A stretch of 64,000 nucleotides of DNA. It comes from Eledone cirrhosa (lineage: Eukaryota). The stretch is from assembly GCA_964016885.1 (NCBI GenBank), contig OZ024740.1, positions 73,098,001 through 73,162,000 on the forward strand. The letters are read 5' to 3'. The translations under genes and the position numbers were made by a program. The notes below the pieces were generated by a model. The model saw only the letters and a program-made list of their open reading frames with translations, made no database searches and was not told the origin of the DNA. Within the stretch, counting starts at the first letter, position 1, and each line of letters starts with the position of its first letter. Shown here piece after piece: positions 32,327-45,482 of this stretch.

Positions 32327-32753
32327 AAAATGATTAGTAGTATTATACTCTGCTTAGTACAACTCCCGTACAGCTGCTGGAAACTATGCATCGAGTGCTC
32401 ACAGTAACTAGACGTTTCAATCCCTATATATATATATGCGTCAGTGTCTTCGTGTGGGTATCAAAAGTTTATTTGCCTCTAATATATTAAGCAACTCAAT
32501 GAAAAGATAAAATATCAACCCAGAGAAGGAATTAACCATATTAAACTTAAATCTCTATTTGGCGGGGATATACTAAAATAAGTCTGTTTTCTCATATACT
32601 TTGAAAAGACGACTGTGGGGCAGCTTGGTCGTTTTTATTAATGATTTCCCATATTTCCTAAATAGTTCTATATGTTTGGTTTGGAATTGTAGTTTTCATA
32701 AATCCATGTGTGTCTTTATGTGTGTGTGTGTGTGTTTGTGTGTGTATGCGCGC

Positions 32754-33695
32754 AATAACAACACCAACAACAACACCAACACCACCAACAACACCAACAC
32801 CACCACCAACAACACCAACAACAACAACAGCAACAACAACAACAACACCAACAACAACACCACCAACAACAACACCAACACAACCAACAACAACACCAAC
32901 AACAACACCAACACCACCAACAACACCAACACCACCACCAACAACACCAACAACAACAACAACAGCAACAACAACAACAACACCAACAACAACACCACCA
33001 ACAACAACACCAACACAACCAACAACAACAACAACTACAACACCAACACCACCAACAACACCAACACCACCAACAACAACACCACCAACACCACCAACAA
33101 CAACACCACCAACAACAACACCACCAACAACACCAACGACACCGCCACCAGCACCACCACCACCAACAAAAACAACAACAACACCACCAACAACAACACC
33201 ACCAACAACAACAACACCAACAACACCACCAACAACAACACCACCAACAACAACACCACCAACAACACAACCAACAACAACACTAACAACAACACCAACA
33301 ACAACACCAACAACAACACCACCAAGAACAACACCAACACCAACAACAACAACACCAACACCAACAACAACACCACCAACACCACCAACAACACCAACAC
33401 CACCAACAACAACAACACCACCACCAACAACAACACCAACAAACCACCAACAACAACAACACCAACAACAACACCAACACCAACAACAGCAACACCACCA
33501 ACAACACCACCAACAACACCAACAACACCACTACCAGTAACGACACCAACACCAACAACAACAACACCAACTACACCACCACCACCACCACCACCACCAC
33601 CACCACCACCACCACCAAAAACAACAACACCAACTACACCAGCACCAGCACCACCAAAAACAACAACAATAACAACTACACCACTAACAACAATA
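32754..33695. repeat. (AAC/ACC)n compound trinucleotide repeat
   Basis: Direct inspection. It produces Asn/Thr- or Thr/Pro-only ORFs. Confidence 0.95.
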
Positions 33696-33696
33696 A

Positions 33697-33873
33697 TAAT
33701 TGTTTCTACTTATGGCACAATTATCCAGTACATTACTGGTACTTTATTTTATCGACCCCGTAAGGATGAAAGGCAATGTTAACCTCGGCGGGATTTGAAC
33801 TCAGAATGGCAAGGGCCGTAACTCTATGCATCAAAGCATGGCAACCGACCCTCTACCGATACTGGCAATCCAC
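33697..33873 (-). mobile_element. tRNA-SINE family B embedded in the trinucleotide array
   Basis: Family-B sequence in reverse orientation. Confidence 0.85.
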
Positions 33874-33889
33874 CACAACAAAAATATCA

Positions 33890-34970
33890 ATACCAACTAC
33901 ACCACCACCACCACCATCAACAACTACACAACCACCAACACCACCACCATCATCATCAACAACTACACAACCACCAACACCACCACCATCATCATCAACA
34001 ACTACACAACCACCAACACCACCACCACTATTATCAACAACTACACAACCACCAACACCACCACCATCATCATCAACAACTACACAACCACCAACACCAC
34101 CACCACTATTATCAACAACTACACAACCACCAACACCACCACCATCATCATCAACAACTACACAACCACCAACACCACCACCACCATCATCAACAACTAC
34201 ACAACCACTAACACCACCACCACTATTATCAACAACTACACAACCACCAACACCACCACCACTATTATCAACAACTACACAACCACCAACACCACCACCA
34301 CTATTATCAACAACTACACAACCACCAACACCATCATCAACAGCTACACAACCACTAACACCACCACCACCATCATCAACAGCTACACAACCACTAACAC
34401 CACCGCCGCCATCATTAACAACTACACAACCACCAACACCACCACCACTATTATCAACAACTACACAACCACCAACACCATCATCAACAGCTACACAACC
34501 ACTAACACCACCACCACCATCATCAACAGCTACACAACCACTAACACCACCGCCGCCATCATTAACAACTACACAACCACCAACACCACCACCACTATTA
34601 TCAACAACTACACAACCACCAACACCATCATCAACAGCTACACAACCACTAACACCACCACCACCATCATCAACAGCTACACAACCACTAACACCACCGC
34701 CGCCATCATTAACAACTACACAACCACCAACACCACCGCCACTATTATCAACAACTACACAACCACTAACACCACCACCACCATCATCAACAACAACACT
34801 AACAATAACAACACCGTCATCAAGATCAACAACAACAGCAGCAACAACAACAAAAACACCAACAACTACAACAAAAACACCAACAACTACAACAAAAACA
34901 CCAACAACTACAACAAAAACACCAACAACTACAACAAAACACCAACAAAAACACCAACAACATCAACCAC
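33890..34970. repeat. 33/36-bp minisatellite (caccaccaccatcatcaacaactacacaaccaccaa) followed by a 21-bp unit
   Basis: More than 20 tandem units with higher-order variants, then (aacaccaacaactacaacaaa)n at 34855-34950. Confidence 0.9.
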
Positions 34971-35245
34971 AACATATATATGTATATAGGTAAAGGCGGT
35001 CGAGAGAGACGGAGAGATAAGCGGAGCAAGCAGCAACAACAGCAGCAGCAATGTGTCAGTAGCAGGAAACGGACCAATGAAAAGAGAGAAAGGTGATCTA
35101 AAGTCACGCCTACTTCTTAAAGTTACCTGCCGTTTATCTGTGTGATTATATAAAGTTGAGACAGTAAATATATATACATGTGTGCGTCTATGTGCGTATA
35201 TAGGTAGACGTTGTTTCTGGTTCAGTAATACTGTGAAGAAGACCG

Positions 35246-35288
<43 letters not shown>

Positions 35289-35292
<4 letters not shown>

Positions 35293-35448
35293 AGATCAAA
35301 AGATGGTTAAAAGAGTTCCATGTTACATGGAACTCTTTTAAACATCTTTTGATCTTATATATTATTTATACTCCAGTCCTACAAACTGTAGAGTGCTACT
35401 TATCCGATATCTGCATTGCTTTATTGTACTACAATAAAACTCACCTCA
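35289..35448 (+). mobile_element. Fold-back short element with tail
   Basis: Near-perfect hairpin taagatcaaaagatg...catcttttgatctta, then a tail with actc...gagtgct, in (TA)n. Confidence 0.6.
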
Positions 35449-35604
35449 TACATATATATATATATATATATATTTAACGGTAAAACAAGGTTCAATGAAT
35501 AAAGTTTTACAATAGATTAGAAGCACTCCACAATTTGGGTTTTCCGGAGTTATTAATATTAATTCAAAATATTAACAAATATAGACATTCGTGTGATCAA
35601 GTAT

Positions 35605-35669
35605 ATTTTATTATGCATATTTCAGAGGTACTGAGCTATCTTCAACAGGACGTCCTCATCAGATAAAAT
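35605..35669 (-). ncRNA. Minimal type I hammerhead in a solo PLE pseudo-LTR (35475-35738)
   Basis: attttat CUGAUGA gg...ct GAAA UAUGCA UA ataaaat. Stem III lies in the UAUGCAUA palindrome. Confidence 0.7.
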
Positions 35670-35823
35670 AAGATGATGCTTGACATACCTTGACTAAGTA
35701 GATGGTTAAAATTCAGTCATGACTGAATTTTAACCATCGATATGCAAATTAGGCTGCTCAGCCGTTAATATGCATAAGGAAGGTATATACTTTCAGACGT
35801 TCAACCATCTGACAGAAAGGTAT

Positions 35824-35866
35824 ACGATGCTGACGATAGCTAATAAGCTTGAAACTAGTACATCAT
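35824..35866 (+). ncRNA. Minimal hammerhead (retrozyme unit)
   Basis: acgatg CUGACGA uagcu aaua agcuu GAAA CUAG UA catcat. Confidence 0.7.
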
Positions 35867-36107
35867 TCCTGTGTCAGTGTTGAACAAAAAGGTGACGATG
35901 GTTGCCTGAACACTGTACGGCGTAATTCGGGCTGTTTGTTTACAAACAAACCGAGCATTATGATAAATGTTCGGTAAACCCATACGTACATATATATATA
36001 TATATATATGTGTGCATGTATGTATATATATATACATACCACTGTACGTCTGTATACATATATATGTATGTACGTATACATACATACTTACATTTAAGTA
36101 CCAGCCG

Positions 36108-36606
36108 TACTATTAAAATAACAGATTAAAGTTTAAGCAAAGAATCGCTGCTTTCACCTTTAACGGGATCTTCTGAAACTAACAAAGTCAATCTGTGAAC
36201 GCAGAAGTTAATATTTCAAAAAACGTTGCAACCGGAGGAAGGCAGGAAGACGATACTTTGGTTCGTGGAAACGTTCCCTGGCAAAGAACGTGAAAAAACG
36301 AATATAATACGTCATTATTTGGAGCTGTGACGCAGAACAACTCCATCGCAGCTCTGTTGTTCGGCTGGCATCGTCTACGCGCGTGTTGCGCAAGTACTGT
36401 GAAACAATAAATTTCAACACTTTTTTGCACAGAGATAATATCCATAGGCGAAACTACAATTGTCACTGCTGGCGCAGCTCATGCTTCCAGGTCTGCAATT
36501 CATTCACCCAGTGCCTGGCAGACAAAAAAGTGCTGCCATAAAATGGGTGGTGCAACCTAACTTTGGTAACTTAATGACCCCGAGCAACGCCGGGCTTTAA
36601 TGCTAG
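36108..36606 (+). mobile_element. Non-autonomous Helitron
   Basis: 5' tactattaaaataacag, subterminal hairpin cccgagcaacgccggg (36579-36594), 3' CTAG|T. Confidence 0.7.
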
Positions 36607-37055
36607 TTTATTTATATACGTTTATTTAATTATTTGTATACACGCACACACACACACACACACATATTTATATGTGCGTGTATTTGTATACCTATGGCGA
36701 GTGTTTTCGCGTATATATAGACACTACGGCTTAATACGGGATGTTTGTTTACAAACACACCGAGCATTATAATAAATGTTCGGTGAATCCATACGTACAT
36801 ATATATATGTGTGCATGTATGTATTTATATATACATACTACTGTACGTCTGTATACATATATGTATGTACGTGTACATACTTATATTTAAGTAACAGCCG
36901 TACTAAGAGTGGGAAATGAAATTTCGTTTCACTTTTTCCGTTTATCGTTTTCGGTGCACCCGGCCGATTAACCCACCCGATATGCAAATTGGGCTACTCA
37001 GTCGATAATATGCATAAGGTAAGTATATACGTTCAACAATCTGGCAGGAAGGTAT

Positions 37056-37098
37056 ACGTTGCTGACGATAGCTAATAAGCTTGAAACTAGTACAGCGT
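37056..37098 (+). ncRNA. Minimal hammerhead (retrozyme unit)
   Basis: acgttg CUGACGA uagcuaauaagcuu GAAA CUAG UA cagcgt. Predicted cleavage after 37092. Confidence 0.75.
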
Positions 37099-37487
37099 TC
37101 CTTTGTCAGTGTTGAACAAACGAGCAACGATGGTTGCTAGACACTACGGCTTAATACGGGATGTTTGTTTACAAACACACCAAGCATTATAATAAATGTT
37201 CGGTGAATCCATACGTACATATATATATGTGTGCATGTATGTATATATATATATATACATACTACTGTACGTCTGTATACATATATGTATGTACGTGTAC
37301 ATACATATATTTAAGTAACAGCCGTACTAAGAGTGAGAAATTAAATTTCGTTTCATTTTTGCCGTTTATCGTTTTCGGTGCGCCTGGCCGATTAACTCAC
37401 TCGATATGCAAATTAGGCTGCTCAGCCGTTAATATGCATAAGGAAAGTATATACTTTCAGACATTTAATCATCTGGCAGGAAGGTAT

Positions 37488-37530
37488 ACGGTGCTGACGA
37501 TAGCTAATAAGCTTGAAACTAGTACATCGT
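37488..37530 (+). ncRNA. Minimal hammerhead (retrozyme unit)
   Basis: acggtg CUGACGA uagcuaauaagcuu GAAA CUAG UA catcgt. Predicted cleavage after 37524. Confidence 0.75.
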
Positions 37531-38029
37531 TCCTTTGTCAGTGTTGAACAAAAGGGCAACGATGGTTGCTAAACACTGTACGGCTTAATTCGGGATGTTT
37601 GTTTACAAACACACCGAGCATTATAATAAATGATCGGTAAATCCATACGTACTTATATATATATATATGTGTGCATGTATGTATATATATACATATTACT
37701 GTACGTCTGTACACATATATGTATGCACGTATACATACTTATATTTAAGTAACAGCCGTACTAAGAGTGGGAAATGAAATTTCGTTTCATTTTTTCCGTT
37801 TATATATATATATATATATAAGTATGTATACGTACATACATATATGTATACAGACGTACAGTAGTATGCATATATATATACATACATGCACACATATATA
37901 TATATATGTACGTATGGATTCACCGAACATTTATTATAATGATCGGTGTGTTTGTAAACAAACATCCCGAATTAAGCCGTACAGAGTCTAGCAACCATCG
38001 TTGCTCATTTGTTCAACACTGACAAAGGA

Positions 38030-38072
38030 ACGCTGTACTAGTTTCAAGCTTATTAGCTATCGTCAGCAACGT
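38030..38072 (-). ncRNA. Minimal hammerhead (inverted retrozyme arm)
   Basis: Exact reverse complement of the 37056-37098 motif. Confidence 0.75.
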
Positions 38073-38262
38073 ATACCTTCCTGCCAGATGAATCCATACG
38101 TACATATATATATGTGTGCATGTATGTATATATATATACATACTACTGTACGTCTGTATACATATATGTATGTACGTATACATACTTATATTTAAGTAAC
38201 AGCCGCACTAAGAGTGAGAAATGAAATTTCGTTTCATTTTTTTCGTTTATATATATATATAT

Positions 38263-38612
38263 TATTCAAAATATTAATAAATGAAGACATTCACATAATC
38301 AAAATATATGGTTTATTATATATATTTCGAAGGTACTATTTTTCGAAGGTACTGTTATTGGCAATACTGGAATTGAACCATCAAGACCGTTGAGGTATGT
38401 CATACATCAATTCATGTATTTTATCTGACGAGGACGTACTGAAAAAACAGCACAGTACCTTCTAAATATATATAATAAAACATGTATATTGATTAGGTGA
38501 ATGTCTTCATTTATTAATATTTTGAATAATATTTATAACTCCAGAAAACGTCTTTGTAGAGTGCTTTTAATCTATTGTAAAACTATATTCAATGAACCAT
38601 ATTAATCTTTGG
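38263..38612 (+). mobile_element. Solo PLE pseudo-LTR with inverted arm, mutated hammerhead and tail
   Basis: 38263-38336 is the inverse of ~38454-38528. CUGACGA is present but GAAA is mutated to UAAA. Same family as 12309 and 35475. Confidence 0.65.
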
Positions 38613-38667
<55 letters not shown>

Positions 38668-38668
<1 letters not shown>

Positions 38669-39415
38669 TAGCCAAACTACCCGTCCTTTGGACGGTTCAT
38701 GTAGCTTTCGATGTAGCTCATTAAACTAAACAAAGTAAATTTGAATACATAGAAGAATAACGTACTTTATGTAAACATGAAAACCTTGGGCACTTTTCCA
38801 GCGAAATAATTAATATGTGAGCTCGGTGTCATCCGTTATACCATGTAACAACAGAAATCCAGTCTAGGTATAAATGTTTTTGACAACAGTAAAAGCGCAT
38901 CATGAAATAGAGAAGTGAAGTGAATAATAGACACTATTATGTGCAAAGCATAATATTGTAAAAGTTATGACATCACTTAATGTATGAACATCAAGCTTGA
39001 AACGATAGATTATACAATGTCAAATCTATAACCTAACTTAGTAACTTGTTAGAAATTGCTGGTTGTGAAATATACAAAATGATATTGTTAGTCTCAAGGA
39101 AGCGTACCTTTTGTTTCAAGTACAAAGAGTAAATTAAAATCCGAATAAGCCGAATTACGAAAGATAACTCTTGTCTTACTTAAAGATAACTCTTTTCTTA
39201 CTTAATCACGAAAATTGCCACAAATAACCGAAACTTTTTTAATGTCTCCAAAGGCCCCAATATCGATTTTTGAAAGTCTTTGTAGATCGTGTACAGGTTT
39301 TGTGGAAGGAGAAGCTCTGTAAAAAATTTCAAAGAAATCGCATGAATGGTTTAGAATATATGAGCCCTCCTTAAAAACTGTACACACACACATACAGAAA
39401 ACTTCGTCTTTATAT
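38668..39415 (-). mobile_element. Non-autonomous Helitron
   Basis: CTAG at 38668-38671 with hairpin ccgtcc-ttt-ggacgg about 10 bp inside. The other end, tatataaagacgaagttttctg (minus), lies in (TA)n. Confidence 0.6.
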
Positions 39416-39436
39416 ATATGTGTATAAATATATATA

Positions 39437-39496
<60 letters not shown>

Positions 39497-39614
39497 TGTA
39501 TGGTTGCAAGAAAAATTGCGTCCGTAGGTGGTATACCGGTTGAGCACTCGATGCTTGTGCAGAGCAGAGTATAATACTATAACACTGAATCCGTCTTCCT
39601 TTATTCTTATAGTG

Positions 39615-39745
<131 letters not shown>

Positions 39746-39841
39746 TTATGTATGTGTGTATTTATGTATGTATGTATTTATAAATATATATATATATGTA
39801 CGTACGTATATGTATGTATGTATGTATGTATATATATATAT

Positions 39842-40453
<612 letters not shown>

Positions 40454-40707
40454 TTAAAGTGCCTGGCCGCTATCTGGGAGGTATAGAGTTCGATTCCTCA
40501 TAGCGGCCGATGGCAATTTCTTTCTCCGTCTTTGTAAGCTATTTTATAGCATCACTGCGTATGAACACCCATACATACAAATGTATGTATGCATGTATAT
40601 TACGCAGGTGTGGGGTGTTTTTTCTCACCAATTCTTTTTTCTAATATTTCCCCGTTCCTTCCTCACACCACTCTTTACTTTCTATCTATCTTCTATTTCT
40701 AACTATA

Positions 40708-40743
40708 TCTTCTGATGAAAGACTATTGTCCGAAACGTTAAGA
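40708..40743 (+). ncRNA. Minimal Penelope-type hammerhead
   Basis: tctt CUGAUGA aagac uauu gucc GAAA CG UU aaga. More decayed relatives at ~6691 and ~58876. Confidence 0.5.
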
Positions 40744-40837
40744 CTCTTTTCCTGCTATTTCAAGTGTTACACTAGTATATTTCTTCCATATATTGTGCTG
40801 TTTGTTTTGTTATTTTGTTATTTCTGTTTACCTTTTT

Positions 40838-40960
<123 letters not shown>

Positions 40961-41039
40961 CCCCCGACTCTCAAGCGTGAAACTAAAAACCATACCATTT
41001 GTACTGCCTCATTGTTTTTTGTTCTCTGTCCATTTATTC

Positions 41040-41124
<85 letters not shown>

Positions 41125-41266
41125 CGTAGACATCGGATCATATGTACATAAGCACATCTGCGTAGTGTCATATTTGTGACAGTATCGTATTAGCTCAATG
41201 TACGAAACAGAGGCGTTATAGATTAAATAAATCAAAGAACGTCTACATACTTATACAATTTTTATT

Positions 41267-41313
41267 CGCTAACAATGTTTCATCCATACCGTGGGGCAGG
41301 AATCCTCAGAGCG
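41267..41313 (-). ncRNA. Minimal type I hammerhead
   Basis: cgct CUGAGGA uucc...uggau GAAA CAUUG UU agcg. Confidence 0.5.
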
Positions 41314-41350
41314 CAATCAATAAAATCAATTATCTATATATATATATATA

Positions 41351-41396
<46 letters not shown>

Positions 41397-41404
41397 AATA
41401 ATAA

Positions 41405-42003
41405 TCTCCCGGCCCTATCAATTAATTAGTTAATTCAATTAGACAATTCTATTGACTGATTAATTGCTTAAGTTTATTTAAAAACAACCCGGTCGAGAGC
41501 TTACTTCGATTTGTGCAGTTTTTTGCAATTTTTGCAATACATTTACACATTTTGAATGCACTCGCCAAAAACCGGAGTTACCTCCCTTGCAGGGTAAACA
41601 CGTGGGGTAGTAATCTCACTACTACTGCATTGGAACCCGGTGGTCGACTGAGAACACCTGTTGACGAAATGGCTGTCTTGTTCGATTGTTATACCAAAAG
41701 CTTACAACGAAAGCAGGCAGTATAATTGATTTAGGAGTCACAGAAATCTCCCACTGGACTTTACCAACACTTTCCAGAAGGTCCAGGTAAATTCTTTTGT
41801 TAACCTGTTTAGCTTGCTTCGTTTTTTTTGGCTCCGGTGGCTGATGGCTTCACGACCACTGTTTTCATTTTTCTGGCCTTTATAATGTATGTTAATTGCT
41901 CTGGTCTTCTTTTAGTCCATTGAGCGCTTGCCGCATAACTTGAAGATTGCGTTTCGTTTTGTTTTTGGCCCCCACCGAAATACGATCTCGCTGAAATTAT
42001 ATT
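41405..42003 (+). mobile_element. ~580-bp non-coding repeat unit (family Q)
   Basis: Colinear blocks shared with 45483-46132 (aattctattgactgat, cctccctt, cacgtgggg, tttaccaac, cattgagc.cttgccgca). Both copies end at the same point before (TA)n. Confidence 0.6.
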
Positions 42004-42016
42004 TATATATATATAC

Positions 42017-42130
<114 letters not shown>

Positions 42131-42249
42131 CCAAGCTATCAGTGTTGGTTAACCAAGCAATCAGTCGACTATGAAGCAACCAGACGTGAACATTCCACAT
42201 CGTGTTGATGGTCTCCTCCAGGCTCTATCAGGTGTTACAAGTCCATATT

Positions 42250-42481
42250 AACATAAATGTACAGCATTTGGGCTTACAATCAGCCTTAAAAAGACCAAAG
42301 TAATGTTCACACCTGCTCCTAGAGAACCATATACTGAACCCAATATCATGGTTGATGGAACCAGGCTAAGAGTAGCAGATAAATTTGTCTGCTTGGATAG
42401 CACACTCTCAAATGATGGTTCCTGGGATTCTGAAATATATCTGCGCATTCAGAAGGCCTCTGTTACCTTCACAAAATTGGA
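42250..42481 (+). pseudogene. RTE (BovB-like) reverse transcriptase fragment
   Basis: AFGLTISLKKTKVMFTPAPREPYTEPNIMVDGTRLRVADKFVCLDSTLSNDGSWDSEIYLRIQKASVTFTKL. Confidence 0.85.
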
Positions 42482-42548
42482 AATACATACATACAATACA
42501 TACGTACGTACATACATACATACATACGTACATACATACATATATACA

Positions 42549-43133
42549 TGGTGGCTGCCAACTCGTTTTCGAGTACGGTCACTACTTTATATCCATGGAG
42601 GAGAACCCCTACCGATGCGCTGAACGAGTGTGACTTTTTAGTCCAACCAGCGACTTGAAAACTCTGGTACAAACACTACACGTGTGACAATTATTGACAC
42701 ATAGAGCTGGGCCCATGGTACCATGTGACGACAAGTGCAGAGAGATCTCCAGATATAAAGCAATGCCTGTGCCGTGAAGCTTTTATAGTGAGAAAAGGCA
42801 CTGCACAAAGCCAGTCCCACTCTCTTAACCAAGATGATATTTACCAAAAGGAAGAACAAGTCAACATCATTCGATACCATCAGGGTTGCAGGTGTTATAT
42901 CAGAGTTTTCCTTCTCCTAGAATTCTGCCTTGACAAAGGCTAAGGGGTCATCTCTCTCGGTGATTTTGGATGGCCATTGACTCTTAAGAGCTCCTTTGCC
43001 CTTTGACAGGTTTTGTTTTTATTCCTGCAGGATGTCCAAAGTCACCCTCCTCACCAAGAAACCTTGGAGGGATTGCCAGTTTAGTCGCCATCAACCCGAC
43101 CATGGGACAGGTTGTACTGGAATACATGTTACC
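42549..43133 (-). mobile_element. Longest copy of the bipartite RTE-derived retroposon, in (CATA)n
   Basis: Reverse complement of 39842-40340, extended about 85 bp at the 5' end. (CATA)n on both sides. Confidence 0.75.
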
Positions 43134-43213
43134 ATACATACATACATACATACATACATACATACATACATACATACATACATACATACGTACGAACATA
43201 CATGCAAGTATGC

Positions 43214-43245
<32 letters not shown>

Positions 43246-43577
43246 ATGTATTTGCGTGTGTGTGTTCACGCGTGGGTGCGTGTGTGTATGTAAATATATA
43301 TATATGTAAATATAATATTTACATGTGTATGTCTGTGTGTATGAAAACCCTTAGACCCTATTATTTATGCCCCCACGCCAAACAGATGTGTTGTATATCG
43401 TATTCTTGCACATGTTCCAGTCATTGGACTGCGACCATGCGGTATTTAATTTATCGATCGTTAGTTATTGAATCGATAGGTTACGCTTTGATAAATAAGG
43501 GTACAAGATCGGTTTATAAATATAGACACGAATTTCTACCTCATATATATACAAATATATATTTATATAAATATATC

Positions 43578-43611
<34 letters not shown>

Positions 43612-43641
43612 TGTATGTATGTATGTATGTATGTATGTATG

Positions 43642-43737
<96 letters not shown>

Positions 43738-43879
43738 CATGTGTGTATGTATGTGTGTATGAATGTATATATGTGTGTATGTATGTTTGTACGTATGTAT
43801 ATATATATATATATTATATACATGTACATATCTATGTATATGTATATGTGTATATACATGGGTGCATGTGTATGTATAT

Positions 43880-44118
43880 GCGCGGGGACATAGAAATAGT
43901 CGGGCTGGACACCCGATCACGCGGTTAAACCACTGGGAATGAAGGACTCCTAGCCTTTATCAGGGCATTCTTCTAGGAGATAACTCCGATATAAAACCTG
44001 CGGCTCAGTAGTTACCTTCTTTTCGGGTTATAGCTACTGTCGCTTAGAGAGTGGGATTGGCTCAGTGCATAGTCTTTCTTCACTTTAAAAAATATCTTCA
44101 CACACAGGCATTGCACAA
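43880..44118 (+). mobile_element. Diverged relative of the RTE-derived 5' region
   Basis: Shares tagccttt.tca.ggca, aactc.gatataa.acctgc, agagagtggga.tggct and cacaggcattgc with 39842-40130. Confidence 0.55.
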
Positions 44119-44218
44119 TATAATTAAATTCTATTGTGCAATGCCTGTGCAGCCATCATATATATATAAACTAATAAGACTTTTTGTACCTCTGTTGTCT
44201 TCGTGAAGTATATATATA

Positions 44219-44299
<81 letters not shown>

Positions 44300-44340
44300 C
44301 TGGCGGTGATGACTGTAGAAATTTTAGTCCAAACTTGAGG

Positions 44341-44428
44341 AGTTTCTTGATGAGCTCGAAGCCTCATGGATAATTCCAGGATCGGATATATCCACACAGA
44401 ACGACCGAAACTGTCGACAGTCGGGACT
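44341..44428 (+). ncRNA. Degenerate hammerhead with long stem II
   Basis: agtttc UUGAUGA g...cc GAAA CUGUCGACAG UC gggact. Palindromic stem III and a GUC triplet, but C3 is U. Confidence 0.45.
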
Positions 44429-44855
44429 AGAGAAATTTTGGTGAAGTTTATATGCATTTTTTTTCTAACTTATATTTTAGAGCTAGCTCCATTTAATTGA
44501 TTATTTGTCTAGTTAATTTCTACGGGCTAAAAGGAATGACTAGATAAATTTTATCTGACTGTTCCTCGCGGAAAATAGTCTGTATCATTTGTCTATTATT
44601 TCTTCATAGTTACATTTTAAACTTATAGCCTCGTTTAAATGATTATTTATGTGGTTGATTTCTACGGACTAGAGTGAAGAAAGACTGTATATTTTATCTA
44701 ATAATTCTTCAAACTTGCAATTTTATATATATAATTAGAAATTTTATATATATAATTAGAAATTTCACCGTATTTTTTCACTAAAGAAATTTTAGCGTGA
44801 TAGTGGGGTTTAGAACCCTATAAGAAATGGAAAAAGATGAGTATTGAAGTATTGA

Positions 44856-44906
<51 letters not shown>

Positions 44907-45099
44907 GAGAGTCTATGTATGTGTGTGTAAATATATACAGGTGGGAATATTTACGAATAAATAGAGCAATCAACATGCAATATGGAAGTTGTAAATATTT
45001 GTATGCACTGTTTCACATATTCGGGACTTACCAGTAATTTTGTTAGACGTAAACATATCTAACTCTTTAGAACGCAAGTATATATATATATATATATAT

Positions 45100-45472
45100 A
45101 ATGGAAAATCAAAATTCAGTGATGCATCGGAACTCAATTTATTACGTATTACAATTGTTTCCCCGGCGAACAGCTCGAGGTGCGATCTGTGTGTGGATCG
45201 TGCCTGACACTGGAGTCGCAGGTTCGTCAGACACGTCTATTGATTTCGGAGCAGATCCTCGACGTGTCTGAGGAACCTGCGAATCCAGAGTCAGGTTCGA
45301 TCCACACACAGATCGTACCTCGAGCTGTTCGCCGGGGAAACAATTGTAATACGTAATAAGTTTAGTTCCGATGCATCACTGATTTTTCGTTTTCCATTCT
45401 ATCATACTCTGCTCCGTAGGAGTATAGAGTACTCAACCGGCATACCGCCTATGGACGCATCCTAGCTACCAT
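45100..45472 (+). mobile_element. Fold-back hammerhead element (arms 45100-45238 and 45261-45398) plus tail
   Basis: Inverted arms, each carrying a hammerhead. A diverged relative lies at 46484-46684. Confidence 0.7.
45262..45354 (+). ncRNA. Type I hammerhead with ~60-nt expanded stem II
   Basis: acgtgt CUGAGGA [62 nt] GAAA CAAUUG UA atacgt. The mirror copy (CUGACGA) is at 45144-45236, minus strand. Confidence 0.55.
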
Positions 45473-45482
45473 AAGACACATC

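Larger units (their letters stand above)
35738..38249 (+). mobile_element. Retrozyme-like ~420-432-bp hammerhead-containing tandem repeat (single unit 35738-36110, array 36718-37802, inverted-plus-sense insertion 37819-38249)
   Basis: Unit starts recur at 36721, 37141 and ~37573. One hammerhead per complete unit, no coding ORF. Confidence 0.8.

Noticed and set aside
32601-34993. Mucin/extensin-like Thr-Pro and Asn-Thr ORFs of ~390-405 aa
   Set aside because: They are open in several frames and on both strands because of AAC/ACC repeats. They begin or end in (TG)n and SINE sequence, with no convincing splice sites or domain.
36718-37802. CRISPR-like or segmental-duplication reading of the repeated block
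   Set aside because: Whole units repeat without unique spacers, the context is eukaryotic, and there are no cas genes.
43070-43133. HDV-like or twister ribozyme at the 5' end of the RTE-derived element (minus: ccagt...gtcccatgg...ggcgactaa actgg)
   Set aside because: P2 and a C-UAA junction fit the HDV-like pattern, but I could not build P1/P3. Twister P2/T2 pairings also failed. An Infernal scan is needed.
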